The notes beneath the pieces were generated by a model that was not told where the DNA came from, did not search any database, and was given only the letters and a program-made list of their open reading frames with translations. DNA of 64,000 bases from the human T2T-CHM13v2.0 reference genome, Homo sapiens. Position numbers and translations under genes: made by a program. Shown piece after piece: positions 15,187 to 28,633 of the stretch. Location of the stretch: assembly GCF_009914755.1 (NCBI RefSeq), contig NC_060947.1. One strand, given 5' to 3'. Each line of letters opens with the position of its first letter. Position 1 is the first letter of the stretch.

Positions 15187-15206
15187 TTTTTTCCTTTTTC
15201 TTTTTT
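14900..15206. repeat. (CCTT)n(CTTT)n pure pyrimidine tract expanded from an Alu tail
   Basis: 307 nt containing only C and T, contiguous with the Alu 3' end. Confidence 0.97.
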
Positions 15207-15478
15207 ACGGAGTTTTGCTCTTGTTACCCAGGCTGGAGTGAAGTGGCACGATCTCCGCAAACTCCACCTCCCGGGTTCAAGCAATTCTCCTGCCTCAGCC
15301 TCCCGAGTAGGTAGGATTAAAGGCATGCACCACCACGCCCGACTAATTTTGTATTTTTAGTAGAGATGGGGTTTCTCCATGTTGGTCAGGCTGATCTTGA
15401 ACTCCCAACCTCAGGTGATCTGCCTGCCTCGGCCTCCCAAAGTGCTGGGATTACAGGCGTGAGCCACCACACCTGGCC
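15207..15478 (-). mobile_element. AluSp-like
   Basis: TTGCTCTTGTT, GGGTTTCTCCATGTTGGTCAGG. Confidence 0.95.
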
Positions 15479-16429
15479 AACCCCCTTTTCTTTCTTTTAG
15501 TGTAATTTTATTGAGGATTGTAGGGGTAGTGGTAAAAATGTATATTTCATTCACCAATTTTTAGCCAAACCTCTCCCACCCATTAAAAAAAAATTCCTTC
15601 AACTACTCTCCTAATTCAACAGCACTTATTTGAAACTAGTATGGTAAGATGTCACAAATAACCACAGCCACAAATAACTGTGCCTGATTCTCACTAGATT
15701 GTTACTCTCATTGCTTTTGGCCTAGTTTTATGGTTATATTATGACATAGAAATATTATTTATTAAATCATAGTTTTTCAAAATCTGAAAAAAATTTAGTG
15801 GCAAATTAGACATCTGAAGTGAAATGATATTTCTTGGCTTTGATTTTGTTTATATTTTCCATAGACAACAGAATGGAGATATGTACGATAGGATGAGCCC
15901 CACTGGGGTGGAGCAGGACTCAAAGAGGAACTGACATTCAAGTCTATTGCATGCGATCTGAGAAGGTGCCCCCTTTAGTTATAGGAAGACAGTGGAATAT
16001 AAGTAAAAAGAGTAAGAGGTTTAACTTTAGACTTCTCAGATTACAATCTGACAGGTGGCACATGTTAGCAATATGAGTTTGAGCACTTTCATCTTTCTGA
16101 TTCCAAGTACTTTGTACCTAAAATTGAGATAATTGAAAGAACCAAAGTCATGTCTATTAAATGAGATCTTACATGTGAAAATAATAATTCAAATTATAAA
16201 TGTTCTGGAATACTTTATTCTGAAATGTATAAAAATTAATCCCAAGATAATACTTAGACAAATATGCAATTAGTTTTTAGTAGGATATTCACTGAAAAGT
16301 TTATAATGGCAAAAGGGTAAAACAACCAAAATGTTCATTAATAAGGGATTCATTACATAAATTATGATCCATTCATACAATGAAGTACTATATTAATTTT
16401 CAAAAGAATTAGTTAGATTTGTCCTTTGA

Positions 16430-16625
16430 GGCAAATAGGAAAGTGGTTAAGAATATAAACTCAAAAGCTCAGCTACCTGGGTTTGCATTCTGGTGAGCTA
16501 CCCACCAACTGCATGATCAGTGCTTCCGTTTCCTCTTCTATAAAGTATGGAAAGCAGTAGTTACTAATTCATTGGGGAAAGCACTTAGAACATTGATTGG
16601 CATATAGTAAGTGCTATATAAATAT
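16430..16625 (+). mobile_element. MIR
   Basis: GTGGTTAAGA...GTTTCCTCTTCTATAAA...AAAGCACTTAGAAC...TGGCATATAGTAAGTGCT. Confidence 0.7.
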
Positions 16626-17189
16626 TTTCTATTATTATTTATTAAGCATTGATTTTCACATAACTACATATGTTGCGTTTTTAGAAATGCTTTGGCCATT
16701 TGTTCTGATTGCATTCTTTAAAATCGTGTCACATTTCTTAACATGCTTTATGTGTCAGTTGGTGTTCAATAAGGCACAAGAATTTGACAAGGGGTAGACA
16801 ATAGGAAACATGTCCTGGGAACCACTAAATAGCTTCTTATTCCGAACTAACATTGACTCCATAAACATTTTCTTAGAGCCTATGTTCGGTAATACATCTG
16901 ACCTTTGGAAAGAAACAAAAAGGATTTATGCAGAAGGCACATTGCCAACATAGAATAAATTCATGAGTAGGTTGCTTGGTTCTGTATTACCATTACGAAA
17001 TATGAGAAAATATGAAGTCTGACCCACAGCTAGGAAAGGGTAGAAAAATGTTTATTTCTATGTTCTTAGAAGGGTAATTGAATGGCCCTAGGCCTCTGAC
17101 CTATAAATGCTATAGACACACAATGACACTGAACACCGAACATTGTATTTCCTTTAAGGCCCCGGTTTATGGTTTCCAAAAATATTACC

Positions 17190-17385
17190 TGATTTTATCT
17201 TCACAACAACCAACAACACTGTGACTTAGTTAGGATGGTGGGTTTATCCCCATTTTATAGGGAAGGGAATGGGCATCACTTACTAAAATCACTTGTGTTG
17301 AAGAACATAGTCTAGTAAAAAGCGGAACTGAGACTTCAGTCTTGATTCGCTGAATTCAAGTCCAGTGGTCTTTCCACTATACCAT
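17190..17385 (-). mobile_element. MIR
   Basis: TCTTCACAACAACC...ATCCCCATTTTATAG...CTTTCCACTATACCA. Confidence 0.7.
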
Positions 17386-18290
17386 TCAGTTCTTTACCCA
17401 TTCAATTAAAATCACAAACTTTGTAAACACCTGTCTTAAGTGGAACTCAAAGAAGTAGAAGGCCACCGTCGTCCCTTGCACTATGCTAATTTGATTAGGG
17501 AGACAAAATGCAAAATGGTTAAAAAGGGGAGTATCACATGTAAACATGAAAATGATTATTTTGAGATTGTGATTGTCCTTAAAGAATGAATGGAGGAGAA
17601 TGATTGTATTATGAGCCTTGGGGGCAATTGTGAAGGTTGAGAAGAGGTGGCCGGCAGCAGTAGCATGAGCAAAGGTCTGGAGCACATGATAAACTTGCCC
17701 CTGTTGAGAGGGACGGGAGGAGTGGAAACAAAAAATGATGAGAGGACTTGAAGATTAGAAAGATGAGGCCTGTGATGTACAGCTCTATGGGTCTGGCTGA
17801 GGCATTGGCCATGATTTTCTAAGCAGCAGGGGAGCACCAGAGCTATTATATAGAGAAATGAAATGAGGAAATTTTAGGAAGATTAGCTTGGCATAAGGTA
17901 AGTTGGAGTGAGCTAAAACTAAAGGAGGAAGAACTAAGAAGAAAACTGACACTCCAGTTGTAACTACACTGCACAAGAAATATTTAAACAATAAACCCAC
18001 ACTAGGGCAGGCAGCATTTTCCCATAGAGAGGTCATTTGTTTCTTCCACCCCCATCTCTGTTACCTTTAATGGAGGAAAGGTTCAACAGTAGAAGCTGAG
18101 AAATAAATATAGAGCAAATAATTTCTGAGTGTTACAGGGAATTAGTTTTCAAGTTGCACTTTCTCTGTAAGATGTTTTCCCCATTTAAAATCACTAATGT
18201 CTACAAACCTCCACTTACATCACAAAAGTAATATATGACACATTCGTGAACAGTTTGTTGAAGGTAATGATGGCTTAAATTCACACTGAA

Positions 18291-18606
18291 GGCTGAGTGC
18301 GGTGGCTCACGCCTGTAATCCCAGCATTTTGGGAGGCCGAGGTGGGTGGATCACCTGAGGTCAGGAGTTCAAGACCAGCCTGGCCAACGCGATGAAACCC
18401 CGTCTCCACTAAAAATACGAAAATTAGCCGGGGCTTGTGGTGTGCACCTGTAGTCCCAGCTACTCAAGAGGCTGAGGCAGGAGAATCATTGCTTGAACTC
18501 AGGAGGTGGAAGCTGCAGTGAGCTGAGATTGTGCCACTGCACTCCAGCCTGGGTAACAGAGTGAGACTCTGCCTCAAAAAAGAAAAGAAAAAAAAAAAGG
18601 AAAAAA
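18291..18606 (+). mobile_element. AluSx-like
   Basis: Full Alu; perfect TSD AAATTCACACTGAA. Confidence 0.95.
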
Positions 18607-19704
18607 AAATTCACACTGAAGGTCTGAAGGTGAGCTACACTTCAGAGTTTTAAGAATTTCTGTGCATTTGGGTTAAAAAGCATTTAACTTACTGGCCCAG
18701 AAATAGCTAAAATCATAGACAATTGACATTTGTGTAGTTGAGGCAAAAGGTCTCTGTACTTAAATTTCAGACACTGACACTGAGGGAACTCTCCTGTTTA
18801 AATATCATCCCTGGCACATGGATATATGTAGATTGGTGTGCATCCATGAGCGATGTAAATAGAAGGGATTCTTATCAAAATTTCAAAGAAAAAGTTGAGA
18901 CTAAGACAAATGGGAGAGAATACAACTCCATTTTCCCATTGCCTTCCATAACAATGGTTAATATTGGACACATGATCCACACTGTGGTTATTCTCATACA
19001 GTGGTTAATGATAATAATAATGATTATTTTCTCTCTACATACATATGTATTGCATATTTTTACGAATATCCTGTATGCTAAGTATAGTTATCCTCAATTT
19101 ACATTACACTGCCTCCTGTCCTGATTCAGTGCCAAGATTGAATATTGTAAGTAAATATTTCCCCTAAAAGAAGAGCATCCAAAGAGGAACTAATTTGGGG
19201 CCCATTATGAGGGAAGCTTGGAGATGACTGATGACAGCAGCAATGTACAAAAGTTAAAGACTTGCAAAAGACAGATCAGCAGGTCTAAGAAAATGCCTGC
19301 GTATAATGGTCAAGTGGAAGGAGTCACTTGGATGAAAGTTCAGCAAAAAAGCCAGGTAGACCTGGAGAATGGTGATGTCCCTTTAAGTGACAGCAATGGC
19401 TGGTTGGACTACACATTTTGGAGGCGAAACCTGTGACCTCATGTTTCATATTTTAGATTTGAAACAATGATGAGATATCTAGGTGGAGGTGGCCTGCAAG
19501 GCAGTTAATGTATGAGGTTAGAACCTTAGATAAGTGGTAAGAAAAGAGAAATAACAATTTAAGAGCTATCAGCGTAAAGTCTAGTGAAAGCTGTTATCAG
19601 TGGGGGAAAATAAAAATAAAAAGCAGAAGGCTAAGTTCACCCACAGTGAGAAGGAAAAGAACAATAAGACAGCACAGGAGTAACTGTATATATGGACACA
19701 AGGT

Positions 19705-20209
<505 letters not shown>

Positions 20210-20504
20210 TCATTCTGACATGACAACGTGACAAAAGCTGCAAAGGTGTAAAAGGGTCATGAGAAACATTTATGAATTAGCACATTAGAAAGCATCCATT
20301 GTTGCAACTTCCTAGTAATTAATGTCATGTCACACATAGTGTCTACTCAGCATGGGAATGTCTTGTCAAGCAATGAATTTCTTGTCTGCCTCTTGTCAAG
20401 TAAAGATGCGGCTTTTTTTTTCGATATCTTGACTTGTGTTATTTTAACTGATATCTTTTGGCTAGTTATTTCCTTTTTCCCTGCCATTCTCCATCATTCT
20501 GATT

Positions 20505-21900
20505 TATTTAAATGTTCTTTCAACAAATATTTATTGAACACTTACTATGTGTCTAACACTAAGCAAAGTGCTGGGGATAAAATTGTGGTCAAGATAAGCA
20601 TATTTTGTTACATCTTGGAAACTATAGGTCTGAGGATGAAAAGACTTGTTAAACAAATAATCATAAAAATCCAATGTAAAATGGTAGCTGAGACAAATAC
20701 TATAAAGAGCATATCTTGTAATAGGGAGATGATTTCCCGAAGAAGAGGTAATGGATCTGAGGTGTGAAGTATAATTACATAAAGGGAAGGAGGTGGTATC
20801 TCAGGCCTATGGGCCAGTACATGCAGAGTTCTGTGATGAAAGAAAACATAGTTGACTAAAAGAATGTCAGTGTAATCAGAGCACAGAGAGTAAGGGTGAG
20901 TTTGATGTGACAAAGAGAGTGGAGTCAGAACATATAGAACATATTAAAAAGTTTTGTTTATTCTTAACCTGATAGCATTGCAAAGTTTTAAGGAAGGGAG
21001 TAATATGTTCCACACTTTTTAAAAGATCACCCCTGGCTTTCGGAAGAAGATGAATTGGAGCGGAACCAGAACAGCTGCCAGCAATGCAGTTAAGAATTTA
21101 TAGCAGCAATGTAGTTGAGCTATGGTGGCAGCTTTGACTAGTGAAGTAGTAGTGAATAAGAGGAGAGGTGGGTGGATCCCATTTGTAGGTAAAATACATA
21201 AGAATTATGATGATTGGAGATGATAATGAGGGTGGTAGAAGCAACAGTGACAACTCCTGGATTTCTGGCTTATATAGCAAGATAGACAGTGGTACTCTTA
21301 ATGAGAGAGTGAACAGTGGGGGAAAAATGAAATCCTTTTGGGTAGGAAGTTTATTAGCTCAATTTTAGACATTTTGGTCCTGAGGTGCCTTTGAAACATT
21401 GAAGAAATTTCAAATAAACAATTGGAAATACAGAGCTGATACTTAGAAAAGTGGTCTACATGGTCTGCTTGGAACCATCTGTATATAGGTGGTGATTTAA
21501 GCCATGAGTGTGGGTGACTTCACCTGGGAATGATGAAATAAGTGAGCTTAGAACCAAGTCATGATGTACTCCAATATTTATTGACCAGGTAGAAGAGTAT
21601 TCATTTGAAGTAAAAATGGAGAAAAAAGAAGAGAAGGAGAGGAAAGGATAATGCGTCGTGTTAGCCAAGAAAGGAATGTGTCTCCCAAAAAACAGGTGTG
21701 GGCAATGATATGAAAAGTTGTTGCAGTAAAGTAAGATGAAAACTGCAAAGTGTCCATTAGCTTTTAGCAACATGGAGGTCAGGAATTTAGTTGTAATGTT
21801 GCTGAAAGGCTTACGGAGTCAAATAGAAATGAATGAGAGGTGAGGAAATGCAGAAAGATCATGAGTATAGAGGAATCTTTGAAGGGATTTGGTTAGGACA
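20505..21900. mobile_element. L2 fragment(s)
   Basis: TTCAACAAATATTTATTGAACACTTACTATGTG L2 3' terminus followed by degenerate purine-rich L2 body. Confidence 0.7.
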
Positions 21901-21956
21901 GGAGGAGAGATAGAAATAACCAGAAAAAGTGTGAGGTTCCATGAGATATTTTTAAT

Positions 21957-22182
<226 letters not shown>

Positions 22183-25051
22183 TAAGCATGACTAAATCTA
22201 ATGGAAGGATCTGTATGAAAAAAGTGATTGAATATGCAAAAGAGAGAAGGATAATTGCTACCGTAAGTAGGAGTTCCTGAAAAGGATGGGGCCTTAGGAT
22301 AAATGAACATTATCCATAGACAGGAGTGGCTCCTCTTATGTGAAAGGTTATAGAAATAGATTATAGATTAGGTATGAAAATAAATTTGGTAACAGAGAAA
22401 AGATCATATCTATCTGGTGGCTTTTATTTTCTATGTAAAGTAAAAAGTAAGGTCCTCTGGAAAAGGGAGAAGATGCGTGGTAGAGGAGTTGATTAATTGA
22501 GTAGTTTGGAGGATGTCTGAAATAGAAGTTTGGGGAGAGTGGAAATGTTGATTAAAAGGATGTAGTAGGCTAGACAGGCGGTATTGAGGGCAAATGACAG
22601 TCGATGTTTATGAATTTGTAGTGGAAGCAATTTGTATTTTTGAGTGTAATATGGTGTCCAATAATATACTAACAAACATTTTTTAACGAGGGTCCCAGCT
22701 TGAGCCTAAAATATGCTTGCACTGGGAATCATTAATGTCTGCAGGGCTAGCTGGAGAGACTCCCAGATGTTAAGTGCTAGCACATTCTGCTGTCACAGCA
22801 TGCGAAGTAAAATGAATAAAATAATTACATAGAATTGCAATGCTTGCATTAGTTCCACCTACTGGTAGTGACCACACTGGAGCTGATAACGCTTATGTAC
22901 CATCCCTTCAGGAGCTAGGAGAAAATGATGAATCTAACCTGGATATTTCTGGAGTGCAACTTTAGGAAAACTCTTTTTTGGCAAATAAGAGAAAGCAGAA
23001 ATATGTTGCGGAGGCAGAAGAGCCTTATTGAAATTTCAAATCAGAAAATTCTAAAAATGATGCAGTGATGGATTCAAATATGGTAGTTATCATGTGTTTA
23101 CCTGATCTCTCCTATAACAGCGGTTTTTCCTATCATTCTCTCTCTTGTGGTTTTCATTAATTCCCAGGGATAATCTCTGTTCTTTCCTCCACTCAACTGT
23201 CCATCAATGCTTTTGGAGAGTCAGCCATCATTAAAGTGCCTGCCTCAAAGAGTTATTCGCGATGAATGTAATCAAACATCCTGCCTTTAAACTCTATACT
23301 ACAAAGGCATATAAGAAAAAAGGTGATGCTAGGTGTGGCTTTGTACAACATACTTTCTGGGCTGTGAGTCTTAAAGAGTAGGAGGACACACAGAAAAAGT
23401 CCCACATAAAGGACATATGCTCTCAGGATCACATAGGTGATATGTGTGGTTACACTTACTAATTGTAAAAATAATTTTGGTTTTACCATTCCCAATAAAA
23501 TGCCCATGATACTACTTTTCCTGTGTATCTGTAAATTGGAAATGATAACATTTGACTGGATCCTCTCAGAGCTATATAAAATTCCCTTGAGATAATGGCA
23601 GAATAGGCTGTAAAACAGCAAGTAAATAGGAGTATTTCCTATATGATAATTCAAATTTTCTTTAATTCCACAGCTATTTTATACACTTGGCTTTGAAGGC
23701 AGCTGTGAATTGTGTTGAGCTTTTCCTCATTCAGTCTCTAATTTTATTCTGGAAAGAATTTCCTCTCAAATCCACTCATCATGTACTGAGTGCCCACCAT
23801 GCCCTAGGCACCGTGTGTGTGCTAAGTGCTGGGGATTTAGTGGCAAAAAACAGCAAACACGTTTCCTGTCCTCATGGAGCTTATAATCAGGTCATGTAAG
23901 TACCTCCCTCCCCAATTATACAAAGATAACTTGGAAAAATATTCATTTAAGCTTTCGAATGCCCTGACTTCTAATAGCAACAGTGTTGGGAACCTTGTAA
24001 TAGTAGCTTTAGGCCCCTGTGTTTACTTGACTGTTTCCATACCTTAGGTCCTTCTCTGAAGGTATTATTAAGTTTGTTACCATTATTGTTAGTATATGCA
24101 GCAGCATTGCTGATACCTGCTTAATGATCATTCCTTGGGTTGGTAAAATGTGTAATAACTGTAGCCTGTCATGAGCCAAGATTAAAGGGGCATAAACAGA
24201 GTTACCATTTGCATGGTGGTTTACATTTTTGAGAGGAGGTGTGTTATATTTGCGTTAGCTTAGGAGCACTGGCGGAACGTGGGGTTTGATTTGTATTGAT
24301 ATATACAGATATCCTGATTTTATGTATTTTGTTTTACATAAAACATGGTTTTACAGCATCAACACAATAGTTGCTAAGAAACCACATCGTTCCTCCTTCC
24401 CTAAGGTTTGATTGCAAGGGATATAAAAGTATGCTGCTATACAAAGCATTTCATTTATGTACATATTCTTCCTGTTATGTCAACAGGACACATTGTTTTT
24501 ATTCTAAGGCTTGTCTACAAAAGTGGAGAGTGAAAGTGACCATTTCTTTCAAAGTAAAAGCAGAAATGTTGACACAAATGGGTCACTTGGATTAATTTAT
24601 TTATCAAATTCACCAGTTAATTGCTGAAGTTTCTACTTTATTGCCTGGCTACACTCAGGAAGTATTCAGGCTTACCAATAGTATGTTGACAGGGCAATCT
24701 TATGCAATTTGTCAAATTGTCTCTTTCAGGATAACTGTCAATTGAGGGCACATTTGCATACACATTTTAACAGGTGTATTTTGTTGAGTACCCAAGGGCA
24801 CTCTGACTTTCTTTTCTTTGTTTTGTTAGAAAAATACTCTCCCCACGTTCCTCATATGCGCTGAATAAAAGCACAATAGAGGGAAAATTTGAGTGGATAT
24901 TTTTCTTTTCAGTTTCTGCATCATTCTGGTTCCAGTTTTTCAGACTTCACAATTTTAAGTGCTAGAAAAAAGAATTCGCAGCTTGTGTTTTCAAGGAATT
25001 CACAATTCAGTAAGTAAAGAACGTGTAAAAGGATAATTGCAGGGGTGCGAT

Positions 25052-25613
25052 TGTTGGAGACGTTTGAACCAGAGCAACTCCATCCCAAATAGTGGCTAGG
25101 TGAAATAAGGCAGAGGAGGCCTGCTGGACTGCATTCCCAGAAGGTTAAGGCATTCTAAGTCACAGGGTGAGATAGGAGGTCGGCACAAGATACAGATAGT
25201 AAAGACCTTGCTGATAAAACAGGTTGCAGTAAAGAAGCTGGCCAAATCCCACTAAAACCAAGATGGTGACGAGAGTGACCTCTTGTCGTCCTCACTACTA
25301 CACTCCTACCAGGACCATGACAGTTGCAAATGCCATGGCCATGTCAGGAAGTTACCCTATATAGTCTTAAAAGGGGAGGCATGAATAATCCACCCCTTGT
25401 TTAGCATATCATCAAGAAATAACCCTAAAATTGGGCAACCAGCAGCCCTTGGGGCTGCTCCTCAGGGCTGCCTGTGGAGTAGCCATTTTTTATTCCTTCA
25501 CATTCTTAATAAACTTGCTTTCACTTGACTCTCTAGACTCACCTCAAATTCTTTCTTGCTTGAAATCCAAGAACCCTCTGTTGGGTCTGGATAGGGACCG
25601 CTTTCCAGTAATA
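25052..25613 (+). mobile_element. MER41A solo LTR (ERV1)
   Basis: CGTTTGAACCAGAGCAACTCCATC...; AAGGGGAGGCATGAATAATCCACCCC (A-type deletion); TSD CGAT/GGAT. Confidence 0.9.
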
Positions 25614-25899
25614 GGATTACTACTGTAATAGACAGTACTGCCGTGAAAGTATAAAGGCAATAACAAGCAAATCTACTTGGTCAGGGACAAGAGTTAGGAA
25701 AGGCTTCAGGCAGCATAGTGTACTAAAAATAAATGGCACACATGGAGGACTAACTATCTATGAACAGGCCCATATCCTCAGGCAAACACATAGATATTCT
25801 GGATAACAGAGAGTTCAAAATCAATGTATACAAACACATCTGCATGTGCATTTACATATATACATATACATGCACATGCACAGTTCTATGCATGCATCT

Positions 25900-27200
25900 A
25901 ATCTTATACTGCTTATGTAGGTTAAACACTAGAAGCCCTCAAAACACAGTAAAAATTGGACAAGGGCCATACAATCCTTTTTTGGAAATAGAAAATCACT
26001 TCGTAAGGGCATTTTTGTAACCTAGGACACAGAGGCTCAATGAGGAAAACAAAAACAAACCAACTCTAAGCTGGGGACTAGGCCCAGATAAAAGAATTAT
26101 AAATCATATGATCAAACTAGCAATAATAGAAAGAGCCAGCAAACATAACAAATTACAAACCTAACACCCCGGGAAATTCATATAATAAGGATCTGGAAAA
26201 AACTATGAAATATGTATGTTTAAAATGATGGAAAAGGTAAAAGAAAATCTAAAAGTCATAATGAATGAACTGGAGAGTAATTGTTTAAAAAAGAACATAC
26301 CAAAAAAATCAATAGATAAAATGGAAAAACTAATATGAATACAGATAATTTGATCAACCTAATAAGTGAACTTGATTAACGAACAGGTGCAGAGCATTTC
26401 ACCCAAATAGTAGAAAATACAGCTCTTTCAAGAACACGTGCAAGAGTTCCAAAAAACAAATGACCTTGGACTATGCTGCAAAAGGTGTCTAAATAATTCC
26501 TAAAGGATTTATATTGTATCATGAAGATCATATTTTGTGATTGTAGCAAAATTAAATAAATAGCAATAAAGGGGGCCAATATCACCACTTTTTCATATGT
26601 TTGATAATAAAAATTATACTTTTCAGTAACCCATGGATCTAGGGAAAAAAAACAATGAAAATTATGATTTAGTGATGATCAAATGATGAGCAGAGCACCT
26701 CATTTAAGAAAATAACAATGCAGTTAAATTGCTCCATAAATGAAAAATTTTAGCCAAAAAGTGTTACATATAAAAGAATGCTGAGAATTAATGTAGTACA
26801 CACAAAACATAGAAGAAGTATAGAAGAAGAAGAAGAAGAAGAAGAAGAAGAAGAAGAAGAAGAAGAAGAAGAAGAAGAAGAAGAAGAAGAAAGTAAAACT
26901 GAAGAAAATAGAAGGAAAGGAAAAATATAAATTACTGAAATTGATTTTTAAATATAGTTTTCTCGTTAGATCAGGAAATCATCAAACCTAAAAGTTGTTT
27001 GTTTGAAAATAATAAACATCTGAGGAGATTTCTCAGGAAAAAATAATAGAGTTGGCAAAAAGAAAATAAAATGCTAGTTTAAAAGGTGGTATTGTAGTGT
27101 GGAGATTAAAAACATGATAAGATTCAAAATAATAACCTGTCAATAAATTTGAAAGCTTAGATACAGTAGAATTTTGTCAGAAAAATATTTTTAACATTGA
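25900..27200 (+). mobile_element. Old L1M ORF1/ORF2 remnants
   Basis: A-rich degenerate L1 body (AGAAAATACAGCTCTTTCAAG, AATAAATTTGAAAGCTTAGAT). Confidence 0.6.
26823..26891 (+). repeat. (GAA)23 pure trinucleotide repeat
   Basis: 69 nt of uninterrupted GAA, counted directly. Confidence 0.97.
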
Positions 27201-28193
27201 AACAGTATTCATATGATGAGTTGATTATGCACAGTGCTTTTATTTTTCAAAAGACATCTAACAGTTAAATCTCAATTAAAAAATAACAACTTTCTCAGTA
27301 TGGATGACTAACCATTGTTTCATTTTATTAAAACTATCATAGTATTTCAAACTAAACATGCCGTGTCTAAAATTTATTTGTAAAATTCCAGATTAAAATC
27401 CGTTTGAAGAAATTCTTAGCATATTTCTCTGAGCTTGCAGATATTAGCAATGTTTTCTTTTACAACCGTAGCTGAGTTCTGTTCTACTCAACAGCTCTCA
27501 GCACTACTTCCTTAACAAGAGGTTATAAGAGCAAATACCCATATTTCAGGGCTGTTAGAAAGTAATGGATTTCTTGGAGCATGATCCTAACACACCTGAT
27601 AATAATCCAGGCTGGCATAGATTTAGACTTTTCCTTTGTCTTGCTAAAACTTATTCTATAATGCAAGAGTTATTTTATTGACCCACCAGATCCAATTAAT
27701 TTATGAGTTACAATTTAACCTTATCACCTGATTGGAACTGTGAGAAAGTATTTCAGCTTGACATATTTCTTACTCATCTTAACCTCTTCATATAAAAAAC
27801 CAAGATTTCTTAGCACTAGGTATTGCCATAAAATATATGAACCAGAAAGAACTGGCTTGAGTAAGGCTTAATTTAAAGCAACTCTGAAAGAAAGAAATGT
27901 TGAAAATAAGAAATAAACGTGGCATGATATATTACATAGTTTACTACGCAGGTATAAACACGATGCCATATGCACACACATGAGTGCAGAGGAACTAGAG
28001 AATGCATACGTTATCACTCTCATTCCATTTTACAGATGAAGAAACAGACTCAAAGTTTGACAGCCCTTTGTCAAGGTTATATAGTCAACAAATATTTGTG
28101 GAAGGACTAATGTTAGGATTTACTCCTTTACTTTGCATTACAGACACCAAAGGAGTGTCTGCAAAGTGAGAACAGTTCCTCACTGGAAGTAAG

Positions 28194-28290
28194 ACACCAG
28201 CATGGCACATGTATACATATGTAACTAACCTGCACAATGTGCACATGTACCCTAAAACTTAAAGTATAATAATAAAAGAAAAAAAAAAAA
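28194..28290 (+). mobile_element. Ultra-short L1PA2-like 3' end with poly(A)
   Basis: ACACCAGCATGGCACATGTATACATATGTAACTAACCTGCACAATGTGCACATGTACCCTAAAACTTAAAGTATAAT then A tail. Confidence 0.93.
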
Positions 28291-28486
28291 GAAACACATA
28301 TCTTCTCTGTTTTGGTTCTTTACTAATCACTATTTTCTCATTACTTATTATATACCAGGCACTATAATTGGGTCCTCATTATATAATTGGTGTCCCTTTT
28401 GCCTTATTTTCCCCATTTTTATAGCTACTTTTTTTCTTCCATGCTTTTCTGGTACTCTTTGGCTCAAACAATTTTGCTATTTTCAG

Positions 28487-28633
28487 CAACTCATCAACAG
28501 ATTCCGCTAAAGCACGCTGGGACTGGATAACGTGGGCTGCCATAACCAGAGGGAGATCCTGTAAGGTGGTTGTCATTTTTGTGCAGAGAAGCAAGGGCTA
28601 TTTGCTGAGCAGAACGCTTCCTTGTATTGGGCC
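28487..28633 (+). other. Candidate exon (147 nt), product unknown
   Basis: ttttgctattttcag acceptor and GCC|gtaagt donor; CpG-enriched unique sequence; one open frame but no recognisable peptide. Confidence 0.25.

Noticed and set aside
14850-15326. Three long ORFs (154, 123 and 148 aa; F/S/L-rich or K/E/R-rich)
   Set aside because: Translations of the (CCTT)/(CTTT) microsatellite and adjacent Alu; stop-free only because of composition.
22912-23082. Purine-rich exon-like block (ELGENDESNLDISGVQL*)
   Set aside because: Weak donor (ATG|gtagtt), in-frame stop and no recognisable homology.
26823-26891. Identification as the FXN or FGF14 disease GAA repeat
   Set aside because: Not within an Alu as at FXN, and the flanks do not match my recollection of the FGF14 repeat flanks.
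28131-28166. Small hairpin CAGACAC-caaagga-GTGTCTG
   Set aside because: A 7-bp stem is expected by chance and is too short for a miRNA precursor.
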